From Macrostomum lignano (lineage: Eukaryota), in contig NIVC01000175.1 in the NCBI GenBank assembly GCA_002269645.1, positions 372,001 to 436,000 of the forward strand: 64,000 bases of DNA, written 5' to 3'. Position numbers and translations under genes: made by a program. Positions within the stretch are counted from its first letter, which is position 1. Each line of letters begins with the position of its first letter. The notes under the pieces are model-generated. The model was not told the DNA's origin and made no database searches. It saw nothing but the letters and a program-made list of their open reading frames with translations. This document shows, piece by piece, positions 37,445 to 50,370 of this stretch.

Positions 37445-40400
37445 CTTTTAGTAGGATAATATCAGCTTGAACTTTGGATTACTTGTTGGAAATTTAAATC
37501 TGTGCCAGAGGGCTGCAATGTATCAGGATTTTTTTATAAATTGGATTTTAGTTGAAACGCTTGGGCTGTACAACCCAGCACTTGTGCACACAAAACATTG
37601 GCTAGGGGTGAGAGGGGCTTGTTGTGCATGGTCCATATGAATGAGAATCAATCCTTTAAGACAGAATGTACATGCCTGAATATTAGAAAGTCAGGGCCAC
37701 TGTAGACTTAGTACATGTCTATTCAGTATTAGCACACTTGTAGTGTGCTTAGTAATCAGTAGAATGGGCAGAACTACCTCAGCACTAGTAAAACTTAAAG
37801 TTTAGAGTAGGATCCACACTGAGGTTTGTTTAGGGTTTAGGTTCTGGCCAAGATTTTGGTATTCAATTTATATAGACAGTCTAATTGTGACAATTAAATT
37901 TTACAGACATTTAATCAGGTATTCCTACCCCAGAAGAAAGTAAATAAATGGACTTAACCCATTAGTAGGAAAATAAATAAAATAAATATTTAATAAATTT
38001 TGGAACACAATAAATAGATACTTTAGATACATAGACAAGGATATATGGCTAACTTTGACCCTAGGAACACAGCTACATAGGATCATAGAAATGCAATTCT
38101 ATAGTTCATTTAAGTTTCTTTTCTTAATTTCTTTTTGAAATTGACAACTTCTCAGTTTGACATATCACTAATATCATTAATGTAGCAATAGATTTTTCAA
38201 AATAAAGACATTTTATTTGACTATTGATTAAGCTTTTAGAATTAACCTTTCTGCTAACCCTAAAGTAAGTATTTGGGCTTGTTATAATAGCTGGTAAAAT
38301 CTAATTAAAAATGATTAGATTTTTGTTATTTTTGAATATTAATCATGAATACTACTTAGGAAATCCTTGTATTCTTGGGAATCCCGAATCCCTGGGGGAT
38401 TCCCAACATAAGTATGAGGGGCACCAATTTTTTTTAAGCTAGATGGCACAAAAAAGTGTGTATGGGCAAAAAACCAAGCTTAGAGGCATAAAAATGCATG
38501 TAAGGAGGGAGAAATCAAGGTTAGGGGTGAAAACTTAAGTTTTTAGGAAGTGCGATTTTGATTGCAATATGTTTCATTAAGCTATTTTGAAGGGAGAGGG
38601 AATAGCTACTTTTTGGGAACTTGACTATTATCATTTTTGCCATTTTATTTTTTATAGTACCATAGGATATAACACTTGTAATTTAGATATATAGAATATT
38701 AGAAGATAAAGAGCATACCATCTTCAAATAAAAGCTATTTTATATTGATTGTTTTTAATATTGCATAAATAGACTAAAGAAAAAATATAAAAATATAAAA
38801 GTTGCACAATGGCATTATACTTTATAATATATTATATGAAATTTGGATATCTGCTTTTAAAGCCCCAAATGTCATGATTTTTATCACCCACAAGAAACAG
38901 ACTTGAAAAAAAATGACAGCTATAGATCAAAATGATTTTTTTCTGATTTGCAAAAAATGACATTTGTATCTCCATAGTGTATTAGATTGATATTCAATTT
39001 TTAGTACTTTTGCTTGCTCTCTATTGTTGGATATTGACATGCAATACTTCACCTAAGCACTAAGTGATTATCATAACTGAAACCAAACTCAAAGCTCTGT
39101 TGCAAGCATTTTTTCATTTTAAGGAAGTCGGTTTGATTTTGGTTCCATGTTTACAAGAATCCATTTTTATCTAGTAGCAATTAATGTATCAACTAGAAAT
39201 GTTTATCTTTTCAACTCCTCTACTAGTAATATCCATTAGCAGAATGTGTTGCCCCAAATTATAGAAAATGGAAATATGAAGCTTTTCCTTTTAACCTATG
39301 ACTTTAGATAAGACAATTATGAATATAAGAATACACATCTATATAAGCTTTTCTGAATACCAATTGTAGTGCTTTTCTATATCTGGTACCAAAAACATCT
39401 ATAAGCATTTGTTACTTGAAGAATTTAAGGAAATACTACTTTTTGCAGTGGCAGTGCTCTATATATTAAGAAACACAATTCTTTTAAATGTGGTACTTTT
39501 GTCTACTTATATGCCAAAGGCATAATTCTTTCTAGGGAGCTACACTATAAGCAGGCAAGCAAAGACTTTTGAATAAGTGCACTGTTATATATAATATAGA
39601 AAATAATCAGCAACAACTCTATTCATAGTAATCAAGGTTTTTGTGCTATTTGCCAAGTAGAAAAGCTACCAAAAGCAGACAGTATAGTAATGTTCAATTG
39701 ATTGGGTGAGTTGTAAAATTTGTTTATATGCTTGTACATATAAATACCTCTCTGCCAAATAACTATCCATATATACTCACTTTTATTTTTATCTTTAATA
39801 TATGCACTACTAGTAGATCAAGTGTTTATCTTGTCTGGACTAGATCTACTACATCTATGTATCTATAATGAAGAAAAGGCAAACTTTTGCTGTTTAATCT
39901 GCATTAATTTACTCAATTGATTGACAACTAGCATATAATTCCATGGCTTAACTTTGTGTAGCAAGATGCATGACATATGCAATTTCGATGTAATTATTTA
40001 TTTTAAGGATTAACACTAAGAGTTAATATACATGCGCAGCAGTTGGCCAAGTTGGCCAATCAGGCTGACTGATTTGGCAGCCAACCAAGGTAAGTCGCAA
40101 AAATGCTCACTAGAAGGAATACAGACATAGTACTAGTTAGATGATGAGGCATTTAGGCTTAATAGGACAGTAACAGTTACTCCTGCCATTTACCCCAAAT
40201 TGCATTAAGTTTGCTTTAGTTTCTTTTTGGGGTAAGTTGCATTTTTAGCCAAAAACTATGTCACATTTTTTGTTAAAACTATGTTGCACAGGCAGCACAG
40301 CCAACTGAATTTTGGAGGTTGCACATGTATGAGAGTTAATTTAGGTTTATCTAAATAATTATTTATTTAGTGCAAATAAACTTTCAACACAATCAATATC

Positions 40401-41920
40401 AAATGTTACAATATTATAATAAGACTATAAGGTTTTCTTCAAATAGTTTTTTAGCATAAAGCTTGCTTTCAATTATGGTAATTACTTAGTGTCTAGGTTA
40501 AATACTGCATGTCAATTTTTAGCAATAGAGAGTAAGCAATAAGTACTTTAAATAAAAATAATTGAATACATTGTGGAGATAGAAATATTAGTTTTTCTTG
40601 AATAGATCTAGAGCATGAAGCTTTGATTTCAGTTTTAGTTATGATAATTGCTTAGTGTTGGGATGAGGCAAAATACTACATGTCAATTTTCAATTATAAA
40701 GAGCAAGCAGAAGTATTTGAAATCTAATATCAATTTAATATACTATGGAAATAAGAATATTAGTTTTTTTGCAAATTGTAAAAACTTCTTTTGATCTATA
40801 TGATAGGCATAATTTTTAAAGTCTGTTTATCTTGTAAGTGATATATTTTATAAAAATTTTAATATTTAATACATTAAAAGCAGAAATTTTTATTATTTTT
40901 AAATATTAATCTAGAATATTGTTTAGGAAATCCTTGCATTTGGGGGGAGGGGGTCAAGGTCCAAGTTTGGGGCATTAACATAAATATGAAAGGCACTAAT
41001 CTTTAAGCTTAAGGGCACAAAAACTATGTATAAAGGACGAAAGGCAAAATATCAAGTTTAAAGAAGGTGCAAACTTAGGTTTTTGTTTTTAGGCAGCAAT
41101 ATTTTTTGTTTTTATCAAGCTATTTTGGGAAAGGGTAGCTGTCCCCCTTTATTTTTGAATTAATTTTAAAGAAATAATAAGAATTAATATATAATTTTTA
41201 ATTAACTTTTTGTATTAACAATTATGCCTAGATTAATTTAAAATTTAACTTTGTTTAGACAAAATTCCTTAGCCTAACTAGGCCTATCTTAAATATTTTC
41301 TAAAAAAAGTTAAAACTTTTGCCTTTGTTAGACCTAACCTTAGGAAAAAAATTCTTTATAGTATAGACCTACAAAGCTACATGCTTAAAATAAAGAAAGT
41401 AAACTTAAAGACATTGGCTATAGCAAAAAAGTATTCTTATATAGACTTAAATTACAACCTCTTTATGCATTTTATTAGGTTAGGCTAACTTCTATAAGTA
41501 GGCCTATTATATTTACAAAGGTTCTGACTATTTTAGATTTGTTTTATGATATACCATGTCTATAGTTTAGATCATATATTAGGCCTAGAGTATGCTGGGT
41601 TTAGGCCTAATGCTAGAAAATTTGACAAGACCTCATTTGTATACTTGGTCTGGGTTTGTGCATCAATATAAAAAAATTGTCATTTGACACTAATGTATTT
41701 GCTATGTCATATATATACTAGGATATAGGGCCTATCCTAATGTATGCTAAAAATGGTAAGACTCTTATTGTATACCAGGAAATCTTAATGTACATGTCAA
41801 CTTCCAAACTATGGTTGACCTAGGCCTATAGGATCTAGGACTAAAGGATATAAAAAGCTATGGATGAAATGTTTTTGGGTCCCAGAGAAGAGTCCCAAGT
41901 TTTAGGCATTACACCCAAGT
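37445..41920. other. AT-rich, strongly CpG-depleted non-coding block upstream of the plk1 start codon
   Basis: About 8 CpG in ~4.5 kb by eye; no ORF of 60 aa or more in the track; internal degenerate duplications (38350-38600 with 40915-41150; 40480-40610 with 40650-40780). Confidence 0.75.
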
Positions 41921-44193
41921 CTGTTTACTTTACGCAAGGCGTAAGGCTAAGCCTAAGCCTAGGGCTTCCAGTAGCCCATTATGATGTTTTAATAAGAAAA
42001 TTACGCGAAATTTGTGCAAAATACAAAATTTAACGATACAATAGTTATCGTTTGTATAGTGCAATCATGATGCGATCTTGAAATCAACAACTCACGAACT
42101 CAGAGGGCTCCCCGTGCTTAATTTATGTAGTTTAAAAATCGCGACAGTACGTTAAAACAAGTCACTGAGTAGTAGTTAATATTCCGCTAACCTCACTACC
42201 TTGAAACCCAGAAAAAAGTTTCCCAGGGACTTCTCCAAGTAAATATGACATTAGAGGTACTTGTTAAGTTTATGGATTAAATACTACCGTACAATGTTTC
42301 AAAACCCTTAGTGCATTCTTATGGCGGCCTGCTGGAAGTCCTTTAAATGGTATTCGTGTTACAGAATTGAGTTTAATGATCAAAGAAATGTAAGCTAAAT
42401 GTAAGGTTAAATAAACTTCAATTTCCATGGGATGGTCGTGCATCCAGTCTGCATAGCCGCAGAGACATCTGAGAAGATCGAATTGTTGCCATCTGGGCCA
42501 TCCAGTCCGTGGCAGTCTGTGGCCGGTCATCGAACTACAATTGAATCACTTTAAATGGGACGCGGATTGAATGACCACCAAAAAACAAGTCATCTGTAGT
42601 GTTATGAATGTGTTATTTAACTTGAGTTGAGTTCACTATTCTACGCCGGGCCAGTCTGGCCGGCCTCTCCCCCCCTCCTCAGATATTTTCTGACTCACCC
42701 CCCTTCACTTCTGCGCGTGCGTACCCCCCTCTCTGCCTAGGCCTTGTCTGTTATTCCACCCCATTCTCTACGTGCGACCCCCCCCATTCTTTGCGTGCGA
42801 CCCCGCCCCATTATTTTGTTAGCATTGCTGCCCCGCCCCTGTAAATCGTGATTGGCTGCCAGTCCCAGTCTGCCGTGCTGCGCCCCAGCGATTGGCTGGT
42901 ACGGCTCATGTGTGTCCCATGCTGTTGTCTAATTAAGCCCCCTTTTCTTCCTTATCCCGCGCCCTCAACCCCTAGTTTGCTGCCTATTTATTCGGACCCC
43001 CGTGAGACCCCATTCCTGTCGTCTTCGTGGCTCTCCGGTGATTTTGCCAGCGTTGATTGCTATTAAGTGTCCGAATTGTCCTACAAATACAATTCAAGAA
43101 TATCGATACTCCCACTGCTCTGTCGGCGCTGTTCCCGAGTTGTACGACCGAAATCCCAGCTGGTAAGCCTTCCAATTTGCAAGTCATTTGGGTCTGCATC
43201 TGTACTAGGCACCTTAGAGGGATTAAGTGCGTCGTACGCCGGTCCCAACCCAAGCAGCTCTGTGTCGTACGCTCGAGCAGCCTGGTCCCGACGGACACCG
43301 CGTCGTACGCGTGTCAGTGGAGGACCGCAGCCAGGGTCAGTGCACGAACCCGGGTCTGGGAAAGGGGCACGAAAGGACCGAGCCCTTGAGCCCCATCACA
43401 ACAGTAGCTTTCTGAAAAGTCAGATCGGGCGTCCAGTGCCCTAAGTCCGGTGCCATATTCGATATCAGTCGTCGTTGGCTGAAAAACTCAAAAAATTACC
43501 GCAGGAAAATTGTTTTACACAGCCGAGAAACTAGGATTGCCGACATTTTATCTATTTTAGGTGACTGGACTTGAGATTTCATTAATTTATAGAGATGAGG
43601 ACGCACTTTTTTCAAAACTTCACGCTCGCACGTGGGCTCCAAACTTACTAGCCTACTAACAACAGGCTATACTATGGGCATCTTTTCTTCTCTTTATGTA
43701 ATTTTCCTAGAATTCATACTAGTTACATGATTTTGCCATACTTGTAGTTATAATAACATATGTGCGGCTTTTGGGCCATAAATCATTGCTTTCGAGCTGG
43801 CCTGACAGCCGGCCACCTGCGCCTCACTCAATGCTGAGATCACTGGCGCCAGATGGTCTGAGAGGATGCGGGCTGTAGCTTTTTTCTCATCATTTTGACA
43901 GGCCATCAAGATTTATGAGGTCAGGGCCTATTGTTCGTGTTCACTCAAGCATGTGACAGCTTTGACAGCGATGCGTTTTACCCTTAAAAGTACGTTGGGA
44001 TTAGCGGTCACATGGGATTAGATTTCTCTTCATTATCTTCACTTTCTACTTAATAAGAGCATCCTAAGGTATATTTTTTCATTAATTTTTGTCATTCCTA
44101 CGCAAAAGGTCATAAATCATTATGTAGCGATTTGAGTGATATGACCGCACCTGCGTATTTTTACGGCCCCGAGGGAACTGATAGGATCTTCTG

Positions 44194-44326
44194 GTCACGT
44201 GACTTTGGGTGGCAACAAGCTCAGCCAATCAGAAAATTCGACGTGCGTTATAACAAATCGGCTCAGCCAATCAGCGTCGAGGTGTTCCATTATAACAAAT
44301 TGCGGTCCAATTGGCGGCTATTTAAA
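44194..44326 (+). promoter_or_regulatory. Promoter-like island: palindromic E-box, three phased CCAAT boxes and a TATA-like element
   Basis: GTCACGTGAC 44194-44203; CCAAT at 44225, 44267 and 44307 (40-42 bp apart); TATTTAAA 44319-44326. Confidence 0.55.
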
Positions 44327-45699
44327 CCGGTGTTTTTGGCCCGCTCGGACTCAACCTCCTGCTCCACCTCCTGGGACCTTGGCCTAACTTAGACCTCCCG
44401 GAGCTCGACTGTCGTCTCTTGATCCCCGGATCGCAACTTCCCCCGTCACCATCAAGGACGAATTCCCCCGGTCGTCAGCAGCGAACAACAAGGTTAAGAT
44501 CATCACCTCCTAGCTATCTACGAAGGTTGTGACATCAGCATCATCCCGGGTCTACAGCTGCGAAGCACTAAGTCGATTCGGTCACTGTGGATTACCTGGT
44601 CTCCGGCTGTGTGAGTTTCTGATTGGTTGGGTGAGAGGCTACCTAGACTTGCTTGATTGGGTGATTCCTTACCAGTCTCCTATTTCAGTAGCTGTATTCG
44701 GCGCACACTTTTGTTAATTTTGTTCAGCGGTGCTGTTATTGAGGCAGAAATCACTTTAATATTAATACTAATAATAGTCTGATACTCCGATCCAATCTGA
44801 AGTGTGAAGGGATTTAGTGAGAAGGTTAAATCTGACACTTATTTTTATCGGTTTTATTTCTTTTTTCGCCGATGGCTCGGATGAGTAGCTATAAGCTAGT
44901 AGGCGCCGGTCGCAGTGGACGAATGGCAAGGCAGTCCTCAGTCGATCAATCTATCAAATCAGTGAGCAAAACTGCCAGAAGTGCAGAATCGGCGCCAGAG
45001 ATGTACTTTGTGCACTCTAGGTTCGCCAAGCGGCTCGGGTAATGAATCATGCGGCCTCCGAAGTTCGAGTGAGTCTATCATCAGCGCTACGAGAGGCTGG
45101 TTGGCGCGTTGAAGGCCAAAAGTACAATTCCTCGTATTTAGCAATGTAATAGTACATGTAACTACCCCATAGTCTCGCCACTGCAAGAATCCCCTACACA
45201 AGTCCCCTCTGTACCTGCATGGCCAATGCGATCGAGTCCCAGCAGTGTCCCTTAACATCGGCTATGACTTCGAGATTGACAGCAAAAAGACACTAGTTGT
45301 GGCAGGTAAGCTCCCTTTGGTCGGAAGCCCGATTTCGAAAGTTCCGGTTGGGTGAGCCAGAACGCACGGGCTGGTGGCAGCGGGTTAGTTAATCTGCGGA
45401 TTAGGTGATCTCTACTTTCAAAATTCTCCCTGCTCGTCTCTCGCTGTCCCTCTCTTTGCTATAGGACCTAGACTGCTCGCCACACGATCAAGCTACCATG
45501 GGGCTGACCATCTGACTGGAGTGGGGGCCCAGGACTCTAATGGATTCATTTCTGAGACCTGAGGCCCGAAGGCTTCCACAAAGGAGCCGAAAGGCCGAAA
45601 CCCATCAATAGTTAATATAAATCATCGGTCGGCAAAGTCCGGCCCGCAGGCCACATCCGCAGGCGCAATCTGACCCGCTCTTATGTTTATATCTCTTCT

Positions 45700-45925
45700 C
45701 AGAGCTCTGCTCTCTTATCTGCTCTCTACTTTCTTCTTCTCTCCTCTCCTCTTCCCTTTTTTCTCTTCTCTATCATCCTCATCTCCTCTCTCCTCTCCCC
45801 TCATCTCCTCTCTCCTCTCTTTTTTTCTCTCCACTCCTCTCTCCTCCTTTATTCCCTCGCAGCTCTCTTTCCTCTTATCTCCCTTCTCACTTCTTTATTC
45901 CCTCTCCTCTTTTCCTTCCTCCGGT
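45700..45925. repeat. Pyrimidine-rich low-complexity tract
   Basis: Almost entirely C/T on the + strand. Confidence 0.8.
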
Positions 45926-46280
45926 CGATAGTCATGCTCTAGGTCCACTATCTGGCCTTTGAGGTAGAAAGTTTGCAGACCCTTGCCTTAAATGGTTGCC
46001 TTAACTGATTTAAAAAACCAAAATCGCACAAAGATTTTCACAGGTCTCATTACATATTGTAAATCTATACCTCAGCACAGTCATTTGCATGATGGAAAAT
46101 GGAATTATAATGTGTTATTCAACGTACTGTCGGATATGGAGATATACGCTTTTTGTAGCTAACAATTTCTCCCAGTGTTTAAACTTACAAATTACACAAC
46201 ACTCGCGGCAACATGCGTATACTATAACATGTACACTTTAGTCGTTCATTAAAATGTTTAATGCTGTTAAATTATTAATA

Positions 46281-46521
46281 CAGGGGCCAATGTTTGTCAC
46301 TCCCACCCCACCTTTCTTGCCCTGTTATGAAAATCAATAATTTTGCTTCAGGGCAACAAAGTAGCGCCTTCAGCACCAAAATGGTGCCTGTACGGCGCCA
46401 ACACGATCGCTGACAACACCGTTTCTGAGAATAATGTACATGTAGGAATTTAATCATGTACACGTACATGTTGAATTCTTGGCTTTGTCCCCCCACCATA
46501 AAATCCATGGCGACGCCCCTG
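46281..46521. mobile_element. Possible degenerate MITE with CAGGGGC termini; its right end recurs at 61567-61620
   Basis: Starts CAGGGGC and ends GCCCCTG. AATTCTT..TTGTCCCC..CATGGCGACGCCCCTG is shared with 61567-61620. No TSD found. Confidence 0.35.
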
Positions 46522-47348
46522 CATGAATGTAAGGGAACTGCTCTCGCTATTTAAAAAGATCTTTTGGTTTGAATCACTCTACGCAACTCTTGTAACAACC
46601 TCTTCTGAGCCGAATCCATCCGAATCGAGTGACAGCGGGCATTTGGTGTTGAAGTGAAATCTTGCTACAGTGAGTTTCAGGAGCGTCGAACCAATTGAAA
46701 GTGTTTACTCCTTCAGCCCAAAGCCTAAAATCGATGGCCATGCCCTCGAATGGCGCAATTGTCAAGTACATGTGACACAAGTCATCTGTACATATACGAG
46801 TACGCTCGTACTTACAATAAAATCCGTACATTTTCAGGAGCACCAGAGGCTCAAAACTTCACCGGATGGTACATACATGTACGAGCGTACATTCATAATT
46901 TTCCAATCTTAGGTGCGATAAGTTCACGTGAGAGTGGGCCGTAATTTGTAAATTAAAATATTTACTTGATGAGATAAATAAAGAGGTATTAGTCTTTACA
47001 AATATTTCCATTTTTAATCCAACGTCCTGCTAGAGATCTTCGTCATATGAACAAAATTAGACAGGAAAGCAGCGAAAAAGCGCGCTGGCATGAGAAGAGC
47101 AAGAAAAAAGGTAAACCTATAAGTTTAATGGACAAAAAATTAATTCTGGGGACAAAAACTCTGATTTAAAAAAAAAGGTGAGCTTTTAGGAAGGATGTTT
47201 GGAAATACGCTCGTAATAAAGGATTTAAAGCATATGAAACTATAAGAGGAATTAATTTGGTTAAAAGTGGCCAACGTACAGATGCAGACTTCGAATAAAC
47301 AGGTAGAAAACTCAGGGATATTGTTACGTTAAATTTTACGCTCTGGGT

Positions 47349-49473
47349 TCATTTAGGATTTAGGAATTTGTGCTTGAGCAGCTCCGACGTGTCTGCTCGC
47401 TTCTTCGGATCCCTCACAATGCACCTTAGATAAAACTCCTTGAGGCCAACCGAGAAATTCCCTTCAATTTGAGGCATCTCCCTTTTCTTGTCGACCATCA
47501 CTAAGGGAATTCGAAAACCGGGCACGCTCGAATTCGGAGGCTTCATGTGCGTCATCTCGAACACAGTGCAGCCGAACGCCCACACGTCAGTCTTGATGGA
47601 GTAAGGGATCGATGTTCCGTCTTCGTCCATGAACAGCTCGGGAGCCATGAAGTGCCAGGTGCCTTTTGCCTGATTTCCGGTCGTAAGGCCGCAGGTGCCC
47701 ATAAATTCCTTGGCTAGACCGAAGTCAATTAGCTTGATGACGCCATCGTGGGTGAGCATGATGTTGGAACACTTTATGTCCCTGTGCAGGATAGGTCCCT
47801 GCGGCTGACAATGCAAGAAATTAAGACCGCTGCAAATCTGCAATGTTAACATGAGCATCGAATGATCAATTGGAGTAGCGAATTTTAAGTTCACATTCAG
47901 CGAATTTGAAATTTACCTGTCTTGAGAAATCCATCACGCCTGACTCTTCAATTGGTTTCTCGTTCTGTTTCATCAGATCAAGGAGGCTGAGGCCGGAGAT
48001 GAGCTCAGTGAATATGCAGAAACCGTCGGATGTGACTTCACACTTGAGGAACAGTACAATGTTGGGATGCTTGACTGTCTTGAGTATCTCGATGCCTCTC
48101 TGCTCCAGCTTTAATTCGTTCTTCTCTCTCCAGGCGTCGCCGCTAACTGGAATAACCTTGACGGCCACGGTCTGGTACCGGTCAGTGAGGGCTTTGAAGA
48201 CTTTGCTGAAACCGCCCGCGCCTAAGAGCTGCGGTTTGTCGTCCTGTTTCACGAAGCTCCAGGAAGTGAATCCCGGATCCAGCGGTTTTGAGACTCTGTG
48301 AATTATCAATAAAATTTTATACTTAAGAGACTAAAGAGAATTATGCAACAGTGTTAGGCTGATTCCTTTGGTTCCTGAGCACGGCACATTTGCACAAAGG
48401 GTATACGGAAGTTCTTACTGTGCATCGTATCTCATGTACAAGCCCTGGACCCTACTTGGAGATTGTTTATTAACCTAACAACGAGTAGCATCAAATTAAA
48501 CTCACAAGCTTAGCGAGCTTTCAAATGTGCTGGTATCACCTAGCGTTTGGGAAGCTGGTGGCTCCGGCTTCGGTTTAACGACAGGTTGCGGAGGCGTCGG
48601 TTGAGCAGCTGGTAGCTCAAACCTTGGTTTAACAGCTGGTTTTGGAGGCGTCGGTTGAGTAGCTGATGACTCAAACCTTGGTTGAACGGCTGGTTGCGGA
48701 GGCAATGTTTGAGCAGCTGGTGGCTCAAACCTTGGTTTCACGGCTGGTTGCGGAGGCAACGTTTGAGCAGCTGGTGGCTGGTCAGCAGGTGGCGGCGTGG
48801 GCAACGGACGGGCAGCGAGCTGCGGAGGCTGAAGCAGAGGAGCTCCCGGCTGCCACTTTTGGCTGGCAATCCACTCCCGCTTACTGCTCTTCCATGGATT
48901 ATTGCTGCCCTTCTCCACCCAGTCAATCAGTGTTTCACCTTTGTTATTTCTTAAGCTGAACATCTCGGAGCCGAGGTGACTAGCAAGAAACTGAAGCGAC
49001 TCCACCGGCTGCAGCATCGCGGCCCAATGGACGGCTGTGTTACCTTCATCGTCAGGAATTGTGAGGCAGTCAGTGCCAAGCCTCTCAACTAGCCACCGGA
49101 GCGATGCATTCGTTTTGGTATTCTTAGCAGCAAAATGAGCCGCTTTATTTCCCAACACTTCAAAGAAATTGAGGCCGAGAAATTCTCTGGAGAACTCCAA
49201 CCACGAGTCGTCTTTGAACCATGCCATCAGATGAATGGGAGTCCAACCGTTGCTGTTCCTGCAGGTCAGACAGCTCTCTCCAAGTTTTTCTGTCAGCGCC
49301 TTGAGGCACTCCAGGCTAACTGACCATCTAGCTACGTGATGGCTCACTGACTGCTTCAATCCGCGATACTTGAACTCAATGTTGCTTTCGAGTCGAGCGC
49401 ACAGGCGCTCCAGTTCCCTGCTGTTTTCAACTTCAAACGCTGCTCTTATCTTTCGTTTGGTAAAGTAGCTCAT
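47349..49473 (-). CDS. Ankyrin-repeat + proline-rich linker + STE11/MAP3K-like Ser/Thr kinase (gene A), 611 aa; exons 49473-48506, 48295-47917, 47837-47349
   Basis: Ankyrin motifs GWTPIHLMA and GNTAVHWAA; kinase motifs [38 protein letters not shown]. Intron 1 is phase 2 (TT|GTGAGT ... CACAG|A) and intron 2 is phase 0 (79 nt), giving one open frame. Confidence 0.88.
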
Positions 49474-50209
49474 TGCGTTGACTCCACTGTTAACGGCTAG
49501 TTGGTTTAGTTTGGGGCTTTAGCGTTACTTGAAGAACTCGGAATTATGTAGATATAAGCTTCTTCTGCAGGAATACGGATGCTATACACCGAGACTGATG
49601 CTGTAAATGTCTCTCCTACTGCACTGAGCACTGTACACTTGTGAGCAAGTGAGGCAGACAATGTGAGCGCTTCTGTGCGTCGTTTCCGAGGTTCTATTCA
49701 ATTTGAGGTGAAAAAAACAGAGACGAAATTTCGGTAAAGAGAGACAAAACTAGCTCGTAAAAAATGCATTCCGTTGTTTTTCTTCGAGACAGAGACTGTG
49801 CAACCTTCTTGTGCTTTTGTTGCTTTACGTAAACATAGCTTGCTCGACAAGAGTTTTATATTTAGCTTTTTTGAGCTACAAATGTGTTTAGAAAAACTGA
49901 AGGCATTATAGAAAGAGCGAATGGTTTTCATATCAGAGTTTGCCTTTAAAAATATCTTTGATAGCTGCAGCTACATGTATCTGCAGTTATATAGAGTCTG
50001 TTACAGAGCCTACTACAGAAACTGCTACAGAGTATTTTAACAGTCTGAAAGAGCGCCTTCAGCTGTGACTATTTCTGTATCTGGCTTAATCAGAGGATAA
50101 TCGAACATAGTTTTAACATAATCAAAGACACTTCTACTTAAAAATAAGGATGTGATTTTGGTTTTAAGGTTATAACTTAAATTTACGTTTTCTCGCCAGA
50201 GGAAATTTC

Positions 50210-50370
50210 CCTGTCCCCATGACGTTTACCTCCTTGACCTCTGTCCTCATGACCCCCTTCCCCATGACCTCTGTCCCCATGACCCCTGTCTCTATGACCC
50301 CTTTCACATGACTTCTACCCCGATGATCTCTGTCCTCGTGACCCCTTTCCTTATGACCTCTGTCCCGGTA
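50210..50370. repeat. Short degenerate ~15-bp minisatellite (ATGACCTCTGTCCCC)
   Basis: About 10 copies. Confidence 0.8.

Noticed and set aside
37826-37842. TTTAGGGTTTAGG and isolated CTAACCCTAA (7836) as telomeric or Helentron signatures
   Set aside because: One or two units only; not distinguishable from chance.
42270-43444. Several 60-125-aa ORFs in the GC-rich island
   Set aside because: No domain similarity, mutually overlapping, and of the length expected by chance in GC-rich DNA.
44124-44840. Possible solo LTR starting TGTAGCG
   Set aside because: I found no matching ACA end with a 4-6-bp TSD, no PBS or PPT, and no second copy in the window.
45565-45605. GAGCCGAAAGGCCGAAAAC resembling the stem II/GAAA half of a hammerhead ribozyme
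   Set aside because: The required CUGANGA core is not present before the stem; more likely a short GCCGAAGGC-type palindrome of a repeat.
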